Origin: an uncultured delta proteobacterium
GTDB taxonomy: Bacteria > Desulfobacterota > Binatia > UBA9968
Assembly (NCBI GenBank): GCA_963840855.1
Contig: CAWJBB010000069.1
Span: 32,001-96,000, forward strand
Length of the DNA: 64,000 nt
Reading direction: 5' to 3'
Shown one piece after another: positions 47,451-58,439 of the stretch. The notes below the pieces were generated by a model. The model made no database searches. It worked only from the letters and a program-made list of their open reading frames with translations, and was not told the origin of the DNA. Within the stretch, counting starts at the first letter, position 1; each line of letters begins with the position of its first letter. The translations under genes and the position numbers were made by a program.

Positions 47451-48444
47451 CTAATCAAGCCCGGTCAAGAGCACCGCAGCGCCTTGGACTTGTCCCGCGC
47501 GCAAGCGCGCTAGAGCTTCATTGGCTTCTTCGAGTCGAAAGGTTTGAACTTCTGTTCGCACCGGGACTTTTGGCGCGAGGGCCATAAATTCCTCAGCCGT
47601 CGCGGCGCGTGAGGTTGGCGACTGAACAGATGGAACGTTCTTCCCACAGGATTGAGTACGGAAAGGACGGGATGTCGCTCATGTGTATGCCGCCGCAGAC
47701 GACGATTCCGCCTTTGCCCACGGCAGAAAGAGCTTGCGGAACCAGCTCGCCAACGGGCGCGAAGATAATTGCGGCGTCGAGCTTCACCGGCGGCGATTCA
47801 TTCGACCCGCCGGCCCAGACGGCGCCAAGTCCAAGCGCGAAACGTTTTGCTTCTTCGTCTCCTGGGCGTGTGAAGGCGTAAATCTCGCGTTTCTGGTAGC
47901 GCGCTACCTGAGCGACGATATGCGCGGCGGCGCCAAAGCCGTAAATTCCGAGGCGCTTTCCTTCTCCGGCTTTGACGAGACTTCGATAGCCGATCAAGCC
48001 GGCGCACAAAAGCGGCGCCGCTTCGGCGTCACTGTATGATTCGGGAATAGGAAAACAATAACGCTGATCGGCGACGGTGTATTCGGCATAGCCGCCGTCA
48101 AGCGTGTAGCCAGTAAATTTAGCGCTATCGCACAGATTTTCCTGCCCCGACCGGCAGTGCGAGCACTCGCCGCATGTCCATCCGAGCCATGGCACGCCGA
48201 CCCGGTCACTGATTCTGAATCGATCGACTCCGTCTCCCAGCTGTTCGACCGTGCCAACGATCTCATGTCCAGGCACAAGCGGCAGTTTAGGCTGAGCTAA
48301 CTCCCCGTCGACAACGTGCAAGTCCGTTCGACACACGGCGCATGCGCGCACACGAATTAAAACCTGCCCCGCGTTGGGCTTCGGAATCGGCGAATCCGCC
48401 AGCCGCAACGGTTGTCCAGCGTCTTCGAAAAGCATCGCGCGCAT
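47451..48444 (-). pseudogene. Zinc-dependent alcohol dehydrogenase with a +1 frameshift at about 47595
   Basis: CRTD, GHE, C..C..C...C; removing one base gives DGEEFMALAPKVPVRT...GAAVL to the stop at 47451. Confidence 0.82.
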
Positions 48445-48641
48445 AGACTAAATGTATTCCTATCGGTCTTACTTACGAAGCCAAATGCATCGCTAGGCGC
48501 GCCTACGAACAGGCCAGCGTACGACAATCGAGTTTTGCGAAGCATACGGGGAGATGTACGCAGACATGGCCGGGCGCGCTGACCCGCTGACACCGCTGCA
48601 TAACCAAGGAGAATCGCTTAGGATTGTGCTTAACGATTTCG

Positions 48642-48950
48642 CTAGTCCAGATCGATATCTTTAAGTGGCTTGGTGATCGGCTCTTCCTTGGCTTTCTTGA
48701 AGAGTTCTTGGAACTTCGCTTCGAGGACTTTTGATTTGTTTTTTTCTGCTTCCACGATTTTCTGATACTTTTCGTCACGGCGGGCCGCTTCACCGTGCAC
48801 CATCTTGACGGCGTCCTTCAAATCCACTGCCATTTGCGGTCTGACCGGCACCTTATGATCGAGAACCACCGCCAGTCCCGGGTCAATGGTCAGCGTGGCA
48901 TCACAGCAGGGGCAGGTAACGGTTATGTTAGAACTGCTATTCTCAGGCAT
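48642..48950 (-). CDS. Small hypothetical protein with a CPCC motif
   Basis: GGAGG RBS; VTCPCCDATLTID, C-terminal DIDLD. Confidence 0.65.
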   Translation of the reverse strand: MPENSSSNITVTCPCCDATLTIDPGLAVVLDHKVPVRPQMAVDLKDAVKMVHGEAARRDEKYQKIVEAEKNKSKVLEAKFQELFKKAKEEPITKPLKDIDLD

Positions 48951-49087
48951 TTGATCCTCCGGGTTTCCACATAGGTATGAGCCCCGTCATTAAGTTTTGG
49001 ATTTTTGATTGCCGATTTTGGATTGAAATACGAATCCGTTTCCGAAATCTCCAATCTAAGATCCAAACTTGAAAATCCAGAAATAGG

Positions 49088-49456
49088 TTAGCCTCTCAAC
49101 TCGATCTGTTCTCCATCCGGACCGCCGAAGACGACGCGGCGCCAGCCTTTCTCTCTCGGCTCGCGCGCGGCAGTGTCATGGGGGGCCCGGATCAATTGTA
49201 CACCGTCTTTCCGAAGTTGGTCTACCGTCTGGTCGAAGCTGTCCGTCTCCAAACAAAAATGGAACCCCTGCATCGCACCATCGGAATGGTGGGTGAGTTC
49301 CAGTACGGTGTCGCCGAGTCTGAGGTAGGCGATCTGCAATCCGCCGCTGGCGGTTTGTTGAAAATAATGCTTGAAACCGAAATGCCTCTCGTAAAAAGCG
49401 ACGGAACGGTTGAGATCGCTGACGTGAATGGCCACATGGTCGATGCGTTTGAACAT
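49088..49456 (-). CDS. VOC/glyoxalase family protein
   Basis: IDHVAIHVSDL, HFC, PDGEQIEL. Confidence 0.87.
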   Translation of the reverse strand: MFKRIDHVAIHVSDLNRSVAFYERHFGFKHYFQQTASGGLQIAYLRLGDTVLELTHHSDGAMQGFHFCLETDSFDQTVDQLRKDGVQLIRAPHDTAAREPREKGWRRVVFGGPDGEQIELRG

Positions 49457-49580
49457 AATCGCAAACCTCGCCGGTTATCGCAGGATGATAGTCCGCGGCG
49501 TCATAGTTTTGCAAGTAGCTCGCAAACATGTGAAATAGAACCACGGGAAGTTTGTTCATGGAGGCGGATCCCACACACTC

Positions 49581-50261
49581 ATGCCCATCTACCGGTTAAT
49601 CCAAGAAGTGGTTTTCCCGCGGCCCGAGCAGGCTGATCCCAGCGGTCTCCTGGCGGTCGGCGGTGACCTCTCCAGCGAGCGTTTGCTGGAAGCCTACCGT
49701 CTGGGCATTTTCCCGTGGTACTCCGGCGACGAACCGATTCTGTGGTGGTCGCCTGATCCGCGCCTGGTGCTCGATCTTGGCGATTTCAAGATCTCCCGGA
49801 GCCTGCGCAAGACCCTCAACAAAGAAATTTTTGATGTGACCTTCGACCGGGCCTTCGGCGACGTTATTCGTGCCTGCGCCTTGGCGCCGCGCGACGGGCA
49901 ACGCGGCACCTGGATCACCGATGATATGCAAGAGGCCTACGTGCGCCTTCACAAGCTCGGGTATGCTCATTCTGTGGAATCATGGTTTGACGGTAAGTTG
50001 GCCGGCGGTCTGTACGGTGTTTCGCTCGGCAAGGCATTTTTCGGTGAATCGATGTTTCACCGGACAGCCGATGCTTCAAAGGTAGCGTTGGCGGCGCTGG
50101 TGGAACGGCTCAAGTTGTGGAAATTTCATTTTATCGACGCGCAAATGACCACTGCGCACTTGTTGCGTCTAGGCGCGAAGGAATTGCCCAGGCGAGTTTT
50201 TCTCAAGCGCCTCGGCGAAGCACTGCGCGGCCCGAGCAAGAAGGGCAGGTGGGATGTATGA
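49581..50261 (+). CDS. aat: Leucyl/phenylalanyl-tRNA--protein transferase
   Basis: AY..GIFPWY, WWSPDPR, AHSVE, GGLYG, FFGESMF. Confidence 0.95.
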   Translation: MPIYRLIQEVVFPRPEQADPSGLLAVGGDLSSERLLEAYRLGIFPWYSGDEPILWWSPDPRLVLDLGDFKISRSLRKTLNKEIFDVTFDRAFGDVIRACALAPRDGQRGTWITDDMQEAYVRLHKLGYAHSVESWFDGKLAGGLYGVSLGKAFFGESMFHRTADASKVALAALVERLKLWKFHFIDAQMTTAHLLRLGAKELPRRVFLKRLGEALRGPSKKGRWDV

Positions 50262-50266
50262 GGTCC

Positions 50267-50788
50267 CTATTCGCTCGTGCGCAGCACAGTTTCCAGACTG
50301 CGCGCCGTGGGAAACTCGAGAGTTAGCAAAATCAAACTCAATGCCGACAGGGCGTACTGATCCGAGAAATAGCGGCCCACGATGGCAAGCACCAAGCCGT
50401 AAACCGCAAGGGCTTCGATGATGGCATAGAGGACAATTTTGCGTGTTACGTAAGTCGATACCAGTAAAGCGGCCTCTTTTTCGTGGAGACCATTGTAGCT
50501 GTCTAAAGCGCGTAGCATTTTAGTTTTGGACGATGCCGCGGCGATCGCGGCTGGCGTCAAATAACGCTTTTTCCAGTATACATAGTAGCCCAAGTCCACG
50601 ATCGCCAGCGCCCAGAAGATCATTCTCGCAGTATCGGCAAACCATAGACCGCCCGCGTATTTCGGGTTTGCCAGAACGTTGTCGGCGATCACGATATAGA
50701 TCACGATGAAAATTGTGAAGGCGCTCCAGAGAATGACTGCGGCGCCGCGCTGGTCCATTAATACTTGGCGAAATTCAGGACGAATCAT
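50267..50788 (-). CDS. Hypothetical 4-TM membrane protein
   Basis: Four hydrophobic helices. Confidence 0.65.
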   Translation of the reverse strand: MIRPEFRQVLMDQRGAAVILWSAFTIFIVIYIVIADNVLANPKYAGGLWFADTARMIFWALAIVDLGYYVYWKKRYLTPAAIAAASSKTKMLRALDSYNGLHEKEAALLVSTYVTRKIVLYAIIEALAVYGLVLAIVGRYFSDQYALSALSLILLTLEFPTARSLETVLRTSE

Positions 50789-50983
50789 TGTCGCTTCTTA
50801 TCACATTTCAGTCCCGCCTGCTGCATGGCAAGCATCTTAGTCTTGAGTCTCGGGGAAATCGTGCTCGTTTTTTCGAACACGAACCACGAACACGAATAAT
50901 GAAAGCTGCGCGCCTGTGAACTTGTTGGTTTCAGCGCCGGATGGTATAGGGGCAGCAGCGACTCAGTTTGGAGGGAAGCAATC

Positions 50984-52576
50984 ATGGCCGAATTCGATAT
51001 CGTCATCCACGGCGGTCGGCTGATCGACGGCACGGGCAATCCCTGGTTCTACAATGACGTGGGGATCAAAGACGGCAAGATCGCGAGCATCGGCAGAATC
51101 AATCCTGAAGCCGGTCAGAGGGCGATCTCGGCCAAAGGCATGGTCGTCACTCCGGGTTATATCGATATGCACACGCATAGCGACCAGCCGATCATCAATG
51201 ACGGCAACGCCGAGAGCAAAGTCCGGCAGGGCGTAACGCTGGACATCATCGGCGAAAGTCAGACGGTGGCGCCGTTGGAAGGCGCGATCTTAGAGGAATA
51301 CCGGTTGGAGCACCGCAAACGCAACGGCATCGAAACCGACTGGAAAACCTTCACGGAGTATTTCGATCGAGTGATGAAAGGCGGCGTTTCGATCAACGTC
51401 GCCTCAGGTGTATCGCCGCAGCAAGTCAAGCGCGTTGTTTGCGGTTTCGACGAGCGGCCGGCCAATCTCGCCGAGCAGGAAGAGATGAATCGTTTTGTCT
51501 CACAAGCGATGGAAGAGGGCGCCCTCGGCCTCACCGCGGCGTGGCACTCCAAAGGGCCGGAATATCCCAACGAAGTGGTTGAGATGGCGAAAGTCGCGCG
51601 CCGTTACGGCGGCTACTATGGGGTGCACGTTGGCAGCGAGGGTTTCGATATTTTTGAAGAGCTGGCCAAGACCTTGCGTATCGCGAGAGAGTCCGGGATT
51701 CCCATTCACGTCTACCACCTCAAGATGCGCGCCAAGAGCAACTGGGGGCGCGTGCGCGAAGTGGTCGAGCAGATCGAGGAGGCCCGCCGCGAAGGACTGG
51801 AGATCACGGCCAATCAATACCCTTATACAGCGATGCAACATCCGTGGCGCCGGCTGTTTCCGCGCTGGGTGCAGGACGCGCCGGTCAATGAGACCATCGC
51901 GCAGTTCAAAATCGCAAGTTTTCGTGAACGCGTGATAAAAGATCCCGAGTTCGATCAATATGTAAACGAGCATGGCGGTTGGGAAGGCATCGTCGCAGCG
52001 CGCCTGGACACGGCGGGCTTGAAGAAATTCGAAGGTATGACGATTGCCGAGATCGCCCAGATCCGAGAAGAAGACCCGATTAGCACCTGCTTTGATTTGA
52101 TCTACGAAGAAGGGGCGTTCATTCACGGCGTGCACCACACGATGAACGAAGAAGATGTGAAAGCCGTGATGCGCGTGCCGTGGGTGTCCATCGGCTCGGA
52201 CGGCAGCGCCTTGAACCTGAAATATCCGGGCAAGCCGCACCCGCGCAGTTTTGGAACAAACCCCCGCGTGCTCGGCAAGTACACGCGGGAGGAACATGTG
52301 CTTCAACTGGAAGACGCGGTGCGCAAGATGACGTCGATGCCTGCGCAAGTGCTCGGACTAAAAGACCGGGGTTTGTTGCGCGAAGGTTATTGGGGCGACG
52401 TGGTTGTCTTGGACCCCGATACGGTGGCGGACACGGCGACCTACGATAATCCCAAACAATATCCTAAGGGAATTCCTTACGTGGTGGTGAACGGGGCCGT
52501 GGTTATCGATAATAACCACCACACCGGCGCGCGGCCCGGACGAGTGGTCTACGGGCCGGGCAAGACGACGCCATAG
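50984..52576 (+). CDS. N-acyl-D-amino-acid deacylase (D-aminoacylase)
   Basis: DGTGNP, PGYIDMHTHSD, QGVT, HLK, HPRSFGT. Confidence 0.88.
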   Translation: MAEFDIVIHGGRLIDGTGNPWFYNDVGIKDGKIASIGRINPEAGQRAISAKGMVVTPGYIDMHTHSDQPIINDGNAESKVRQGVTLDIIGESQTVAPLEGAILEEYRLEHRKRNGIETDWKTFTEYFDRVMKGGVSINVASGVSPQQVKRVVCGFDERPANLAEQEEMNRFVSQAMEEGALGLTAAWHSKGPEYPNEVVEMAKVARRYGGYYGVHVGSEGFDIFEELAKTLRIARESGIPIHVYHLKMRAKSNWGRVREVVEQIEEARREGLEITANQYPYTAMQHPWRRLFPRWVQDAPVNETIAQFKIASFRERVIKDPEFDQYVNEHGGWEGIVAARLDTAGLKKFEGMTIAEIAQIREEDPISTCFDLIYEEGAFIHGVHHTMNEEDVKAVMRVPWVSIGSDGSALNLKYPGKPHPRSFGTNPRVLGKYTREEHVLQLEDAVRKMTSMPAQVLGLKDRGLLREGYWGDVVVLDPDTVADTATYDNPKQYPKGIPYVVVNGAVVIDNNHHTGARPGRVVYGPGKTTP

Positions 52577-52602
52577 AAACAAGAAAATTCACCACAAAGG
52601 AC

Positions 52603-52820
52603 CTAGCGCGGCAAAGCCGCAACCAAAACTAGGAATATCTCGCGCAAAGACGCCAAGGCCGCAAAGGTCGGAGAAAAATGGTGAAGATCGTTTGTAAGAT
52701 TATCAATCTTTCCCTTCCGAACTTGGCGTGCTTTGCGCCTTGGTGCGAGTCAATCCCCGCATTCGAGTATTTCAGGTTACCGGAAAATTTGCGCGAGCCG
52801 CGAAAACTCTTAAACATAGT
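52603..52820. repeat. Intergenic palindromic repeat element
   Basis: CTCGCGCAAAGACGCCAAGG..GCAAAG / CTTGGCGTGCTTTGCGCCTTGG arms with 9-bp periodicity. Confidence 0.5.
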
Positions 52821-52903
52821 AGGACAAAGAACTCATTGAGCGCGAAGAGCGCAAGATAAAAATTTTGTGACAATTGTGTTTTTGAGGTTATATTTCTACC
52901 GCC

Positions 52904-53971
52904 TCAACGGCCTAAGAAAATCTGGCTAAACTCCTTGCCGGTTTGATCCATAATCGGGCCGATAAAGTCGGCGTCGACGAGAAACATTTCCTTCTCCAGC
53001 AATTCCGGGAATCTTTGCTTGACGCCTTTGCGCGCGACGACGCGGCCAAAGGTGGTGATCATCGTTTGGCCTTCCTCCGATAGCGCCCAGTCTGTGAACA
53101 GCGCGGCCGCGTGTGGGTGCGGCGCGTGGCGCGATACCATTAGTTTGTTTGCTTGCCCGAAATAAGGATCCAGCATCACCTGCTCGATAGGCGCTCCTCT
53201 CGCTTTCAAGTCCAACACCGTATGCCCCGACAGCACGATGGCTATCGGCCGTTCGCCCGCGGTCAATAGCTGGCTTTGCCCCGTGCGACCACGGGCGAGC
53301 CGCAGATCCTGTTTGGCGAGGGCGCGCATGTACTGAAGCCCCTTCTCTCGCCCCATGTGCCTCAATAAAATTGCGAACCACTCGTAGGCCTCGTCGTCGA
53401 GATACATGTTCCCTTTCCACTTGGGCTGAAGGAGATCCTCGTAGCTCTTCGGCACGTCGCCGCGCTTGACGAGATTGGTGTTGTAGCCGAGCACGATCGG
53501 GATCACGTAGAGAGAAGTAAAAAATCCTTCTTTGTCCCGGTTCGAACCCGAGTAGAATTCCCGCTGCGGCGAGAGGTAAGGATCGATGGCGCCGATCTTT
53601 TTGAGCGCTGACCCTTGCTCGGCGGAGCCGTTGGTGACATCGAACAGATGATTGCCGGAATTCATCTCGGTTTGGATCTTGATCACCTGGCGGTTGCCGG
53701 AAACGCGGTAGGGATTGACCCTAACGAAGGGATAGCGCTTCTGAAAAACGCGTATGAACGGATCGATCTGCTGCGCCTGCAGAGAACTGTAGAAAGATAC
53801 TTCACCCTCGGCCTTGGCTTTTTCGACAAGGATTTTCTGCCGTTGGTCGGGAGGTAGCTTGTTGAGTTTGGCCAAGACCGCGCCGGCGGGTTCTGGAGCA
53901 GCGCCGGCGAGCACCACGCTTGGTGGAAGAGCGAGCAGGAACGCGAAAACAATCTGAACGAAGCATTTCAT
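52904..53971 (-). CDS. Extracellular solute-binding protein (Fe3+-type)
   Basis: GGAGG RBS, AKAEGEV, YNTNLV, APHPHAAALF. Confidence 0.85.
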   Translation of the reverse strand: MKCFVQIVFAFLLALPPSVVLAGAAPEPAGAVLAKLNKLPPDQRQKILVEKAKAEGEVSFYSSLQAQQIDPFIRVFQKRYPFVRVNPYRVSGNRQVIKIQTEMNSGNHLFDVTNGSAEQGSALKKIGAIDPYLSPQREFYSGSNRDKEGFFTSLYVIPIVLGYNTNLVKRGDVPKSYEDLLQPKWKGNMYLDDEAYEWFAILLRHMGREKGLQYMRALAKQDLRLARGRTGQSQLLTAGERPIAIVLSGHTVLDLKARGAPIEQVMLDPYFGQANKLMVSRHAPHPHAAALFTDWALSEEGQTMITTFGRVVARKGVKQRFPELLEKEMFLVDADFIGPIMDQTGKEFSQIFLGR

Positions 53972-54136
53972 AGAATCTAACCTCCGCCATATTACCGCTG
54001 TAGACGACATATCTATGACTTGTCCGCTTATCGTAGGCGATCTTGCGTGTCAAGCGCAGCGACCCCCTCATTGACAGCATTTTTCGGATTCGATAGCGTT
54101 TCGAACATTCGAGCATCGATGCTTTTCGAGGGGGTC

Positions 54137-54988
54137 ATGGAAGAGCTTCAACCGGTCAAAAGCGGCAAAGTCCAAGTCGACGACGTTAGCCTTTATTACG
54201 AGCTTTACGGCGAAGGCGATCCGCTGGTTCTTGTCGCCGGCACGGGCATCAGTCTGGCGCCCTGGCGCGTGGCTCAGGTGCCGGAGTTTGCCAAGCATTA
54301 TCAAGTCCTCATCTACGACCACCGCGGCCTGGGCCGGAGCGACAAACCGGACATGCCCTATACTACGCAGCTTTTCGCCAAAGACTGCGTTGGCTTGATG
54401 GACGCTCTGGGAATAAGAAAGGCGCACATGATGGGTCATTCGATGGGGGCCCGCGTGTGCCAGTGGATCGCGCTGGATTACCCGGAAAAAGTGCGCAGTC
54501 TCGTGCTGTCGGGGCCGGGGTCGGGGAAATACCATGACAGCCTCGATTATCCGCGCGGGGTGCCCATGGACGCGGCGCTGGAGATGATCGAAAAAGGATA
54601 CGAGAAATACCAGAGCGACCACTGGGGACCGGGTTTTATGTTCAGCGAGCAGTTTCTGAAGGAACACCCGGAAGTCGTGAAAAAGTATCAAGACCTCATC
54701 GTCGACGAAGTGCCGCCGCTGAAATGTTACCTGCGCCATGTGGTCGCGCGTCAGTGCCACGAAACGACGCATCTCATTCATAAAATAAAGGCCCCGACGC
54801 TGGTGATCGTAGGCAGCATGGACACCCACGAGGGCGGTACGGGCAGCCACGTCGAGTCGGCTAAGGTTCTCGCGGAAAAAATACGTAACGCGGAACTTGT
54901 GCTCATCGAGGGCGGCCGGCACGGCTATCTCCGCGAGATGCCGGAGCGGGGCCACCCGCCGATCCTGGATTTCCTGCGGCGTCATTGA
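54137..54988 (+). CDS. Alpha/beta hydrolase
   Basis: DHRGLGRSD, GHSMG, C-terminal His. Confidence 0.88.
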   Translation: MEELQPVKSGKVQVDDVSLYYELYGEGDPLVLVAGTGISLAPWRVAQVPEFAKHYQVLIYDHRGLGRSDKPDMPYTTQLFAKDCVGLMDALGIRKAHMMGHSMGARVCQWIALDYPEKVRSLVLSGPGSGKYHDSLDYPRGVPMDAALEMIEKGYEKYQSDHWGPGFMFSEQFLKEHPEVVKKYQDLIVDEVPPLKCYLRHVVARQCHETTHLIHKIKAPTLVIVGSMDTHEGGTGSHVESAKVLAEKIRNAELVLIEGGRHGYLREMPERGHPPILDFLRRH

Positions 54989-55026
54989 GGCGTAAAATTC
55001 GCCGCGACGACCGATCGAGAGTTGTT

Positions 55027-56313
55027 ATGGACAAAAATGACATTGTCGAAAAGCAGAAAAAGTATCTTTTCTCTTGCGTTTCCACCTACTATGACGAGCC
55101 GTTGGTCGTCGATCATGCCAAGGGTCACCTGGTTTACGACGCCGACGGCAAACAGTACTTGGACTTCTTCGGCGGCATACTTACCGTGAGCGTGGGGCAT
55201 TGCAACGACAAGGTAACCCAAGCCATCGACGAACAGACCCACAAGCTGCAACATATGTCGACGCTTTACGCCAACGAACCGCAGGTGCGGCTGGCGGAGA
55301 AGCTCGCGCAGATCACCCCCGGACGTTTAGAGAAGTCATTTTTTACTAACAGCGGCACGGAGGCCAACGAGACGGCGGTCTTGCTCGCGCAGATTTACAC
55401 CAAGTGCCAGGACGTGATCACCCTGCGCCACAGCTACAGCGGGCGGTCTTATTTGGCTTTGAGTTTATCGGCGCAATCGAGCTGGCGACTCACGCCCAAC
55501 GTTGTGCCCGGGGTTCATCATATCGCCAACGCCTACTGTTATCGTTGCCCCTTCGGCTTGACCTATCCAAGCTGCGATCTTAGATGCGCCAAAGACGCCG
55601 AAGAAGCGATTCAGACGATGACCTCCCAGGGCCGGGTGGCGGCCTTCCTTGCCGAGCCGATTCAAGGGGTCGGTGGCTTCATCACCCCGCCCAAGGAATA
55701 TTTCAAAGAAATCGTCGGTATCATCAAAAAATATGGCGGCTTGTTTATCTGCGACGAGGTGCAGACCGGCTGGGGCCGTACTGGCGGTAAAATGTTCGGC
55801 ATCGAACATTGGGGTGTCGATCCCGACATCATGACTTTCGCCAAAGGTATGGCCAATGGGGTGCCCATCGGCGCGACCATCGCCACGCCCGAAGTTGCCG
55901 ACAGCTTGCAAGGCAACACGATCTCAACGTTTGGTGGCAACCCGGTGACCTGCACGGCGGCGCGCGCGACCATCGAGGTCATCGAAGAGGAAAACCTGGT
56001 GGAGAACGCCCGGATCATGGGCAACCGGTTGCGCGAAGGTCTAAACGCGCTAAAGGAGAAATACCCGATCATCGGCGACGTGCGCGGCATGGGGTTGATG
56101 CAAGGCATGGAACTGGTGGGGGAGAAAAAGCAGCCCGATGTCGAAGGCTCTAAACGGCTTATGGAACTGACGAAAAATAATGGTCTCCTCCTCGGTAAGG
56201 GCGGCACCTACGGGAATGTAATTCGTGTTGCGCCGTCGCTGAACGTCAATCAGGATGAGATCGATCATGCGTTGAGAGTGCTGGATCAGTCTTTCGCGCA
56301 GCTGGGGCTATGA
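55027..56313 (+). CDS. Class III PLP aminotransferase (AGXT2/GabT-like)
   Basis: SGTEANE, EPIQG, DEVQTGWGRTG, AKG, STFGGNP. Confidence 0.92.
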   Translation: MDKNDIVEKQKKYLFSCVSTYYDEPLVVDHAKGHLVYDADGKQYLDFFGGILTVSVGHCNDKVTQAIDEQTHKLQHMSTLYANEPQVRLAEKLAQITPGRLEKSFFTNSGTEANETAVLLAQIYTKCQDVITLRHSYSGRSYLALSLSAQSSWRLTPNVVPGVHHIANAYCYRCPFGLTYPSCDLRCAKDAEEAIQTMTSQGRVAAFLAEPIQGVGGFITPPKEYFKEIVGIIKKYGGLFICDEVQTGWGRTGGKMFGIEHWGVDPDIMTFAKGMANGVPIGATIATPEVADSLQGNTISTFGGNPVTCTAARATIEVIEEENLVENARIMGNRLREGLNALKEKYPIIGDVRGMGLMQGMELVGEKKQPDVEGSKRLMELTKNNGLLLGKGGTYGNVIRVAPSLNVNQDEIDHALRVLDQSFAQLGL

Positions 56314-56430
56314 CGTTTCGTAAAAACACTGATTCGAATTGACAAGATCTCGTATAGTTCACACGGCAAGATGATCAACAGCGAAGCGACGAATCTTTGT
56401 TCCCGTGGCCCACATCAGGGGACCTGAACC

Positions 56431-57432
56431 ATGCACACGCTCGCTCGCAGAATTGTTGGGGCCGTGCCGGTCATCATCGGCATCTCCTTTCTCATTTTTC
56501 TCTTGATGCACATCGCCCCCGGGGATCCGGTATCCTTGTTGCTCGGCGATAACGCCACTCCTGAAGATATTGCGCGCACGCGCCACGAATGGGGACTCGA
56601 CCGGCCGCTGATGGTGCAGTACTGGGAATTTCTTAGCCGGGCTGTGCGCGGTGACTTTGGCCGGTCGCTCAAGTTCAACGAGCCGGTCATGAAATTGGTC
56701 TGGGAGCGGCTGCCCGCGACCCTCGAGCTGGCGTTCGCGAGTTTCCTGGTGGCCATTCTCGTAGCGATTCCCCTCGGGGTCTATTCCGCCATCAAACATA
56801 ACTCCCTACTCGACCACGCGGGCATGAGCGTGGCGCTCATCGGCGTTTCTCTGCCTAATTTTTGGCTTGGAATCATGCTCATCTATTTTCTCGGCGGCCA
56901 GTTAAACCTCTTGCCTGTGGCCGGGCGCATCGAGTATGGCATCGAAGTGCAGCCGATTACCCGGCTATACCTGGTGGACAGTTTGCTTGCGGGAAATTTC
57001 ACGGCTTTTTGGAGCGCTTTGCGGCACCTGTTGATGCCGGCGTTTACTCTCGGCACAAGTCTGGCGGCCATCGTTACGCGCATTGCGCGCTCCAGCGTGC
57101 TCGAAGTCATGCGCCAGGATTTTGTTACCACCGCCCGCGCCAAGGGGCTCAGCGAAAAGGTCGTGATCTGGCGCCATATTCTAAGAAACGCGATGATCAC
57201 GATCGTGACCATCCTCGGCTTGCAACTGGGCGCGCTGCTGAACGGCTCGGTGATTACCGAGACGGTTTTTTCGTATCCCGGCATCGGCGACCTGTTGATT
57301 CAGTCCATCTCAGCCCGCGACTATAAGCTGACACAGGTCCTGATTCTGTTTTTTGCGGTGATGTATTTTGCCGTGAACTTGTTGGTCGATATGCTTTATA
57401 GCTGGATAGACCCACGCATCAAGCTCTCATAG
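56431..57432 (+). CDS. Peptide/nickel ABC permease (DppB-like)
   Basis: PGDP, RLPATLEL, ARAKGL, ITETVF, DPRI. Confidence 0.92.
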   Translation: MHTLARRIVGAVPVIIGISFLIFLLMHIAPGDPVSLLLGDNATPEDIARTRHEWGLDRPLMVQYWEFLSRAVRGDFGRSLKFNEPVMKLVWERLPATLELAFASFLVAILVAIPLGVYSAIKHNSLLDHAGMSVALIGVSLPNFWLGIMLIYFLGGQLNLLPVAGRIEYGIEVQPITRLYLVDSLLAGNFTAFWSALRHLLMPAFTLGTSLAAIVTRIARSSVLEVMRQDFVTTARAKGLSEKVVIWRHILRNAMITIVTILGLQLGALLNGSVITETVFSYPGIGDLLIQSISARDYKLTQVLILFFAVMYFAVNLLVDMLYSWIDPRIKLS

Positions 57433-57529
57433 CGAGAGCCGGCTTGATCGAAGCGCGGGGGAATACTATGAAGAGAAGCGGCTTGTTATTGGACGAACGG
57501 CAATGCCAAACCGGTTGCGGAGTTGACTC

Positions 57530-58372
57530 ATGATGTCCGTTATCCGCTTCCTCAAAATCTGGGTGGGCGGCATGATTCTGATCGTGCTTTTAATCTGCGG
57601 CTTGGGCGCGCCATGGCTGGCTCCCCATGATCCCCAGGCGCAGACCCTAGAGGACCGGCTCAAGCCGCCGCGCTGGATGGACAGTGGTTCGCCGGCGTAC
57701 TTGCTAGGCACAGATAACCTCGGCCGCGATATGCTGAGTCGGATTATCTATGGCTCACGGATTTCGCTGCTGGTAGGAGCGGCAACGGTCATTTTGGCCG
57801 GTTTAATCGGCTGCGCATTGGGCGCCGCGTCGGGTTATTTCGGCAAGGTTACCGACGAAATTGTCAGCAAGATCTCAGAAATTTTCTTGGCTTTTCCTTT
57901 TCTCCTCATCGCCATAGCCATCATGGCCTTCTTGGGACAGGGGCTTTTTAATCTTATTTTTGCGCTAATGCTCAGCCGCTGGGTGCAGTATTGCCGGGTC
58001 GTGCGGGGTGAAGTGCTTTCGCTGAAGGAGCGCGATTTTGTCACTGCGGCCAAAGCTCTGGGCGGCAGAGACTTCTATGTTCTCCTGCGCCATGTCGTGC
58101 CCAATACCTTTTCCAGTATCACCGTCATTGCGACGTTCGCCATGGCGGTCGTAATCATTTCGGAAGCGAGCTTGAGCTTCCTCGGGTTGGGGGTACCGGC
58201 CCATATCGCCACCTGGGGCTCCATGCTGAGCGAAGGGCGGAGCTATATCAATCGCGCGCCCTGGCTGACGATCTTTCCCGGTATGGCGATTTTCGTAACG
58301 GTATTCGGCATCAATTTGCTCGGCGACGGGCTGAGGGATATCTTCGATCCCAAGCTGCGCAGGCAGAGATAG
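57530..58372 (+). CDS. Peptide/nickel ABC permease (DppC-like)
   Basis: LGTDNLGRD, EASLSFLGLG, GDGLRD. Confidence 0.92.
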   Translation: MMSVIRFLKIWVGGMILIVLLICGLGAPWLAPHDPQAQTLEDRLKPPRWMDSGSPAYLLGTDNLGRDMLSRIIYGSRISLLVGAATVILAGLIGCALGAASGYFGKVTDEIVSKISEIFLAFPFLLIAIAIMAFLGQGLFNLIFALMLSRWVQYCRVVRGEVLSLKERDFVTAAKALGGRDFYVLLRHVVPNTFSSITVIATFAMAVVIISEASLSFLGLGVPAHIATWGSMLSEGRSYINRAPWLTIFPGMAIFVTVFGINLLGDGLRDIFDPKLRRQR

Positions 58373-58439
58373 AAAACGAGACAGGCAGAGGGACCGAGCA
58401 CATGAGTTTACGCTTCTGATGTAAACGCAAGGAGGGGCT

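Noticed and set aside
47593-47595. TGA in the alcohol dehydrogenase as a second selenocysteine
   Set aside because: The homologous sequence continues in a different frame (one extra base) and the position is not a Cys site; it is a frameshift.
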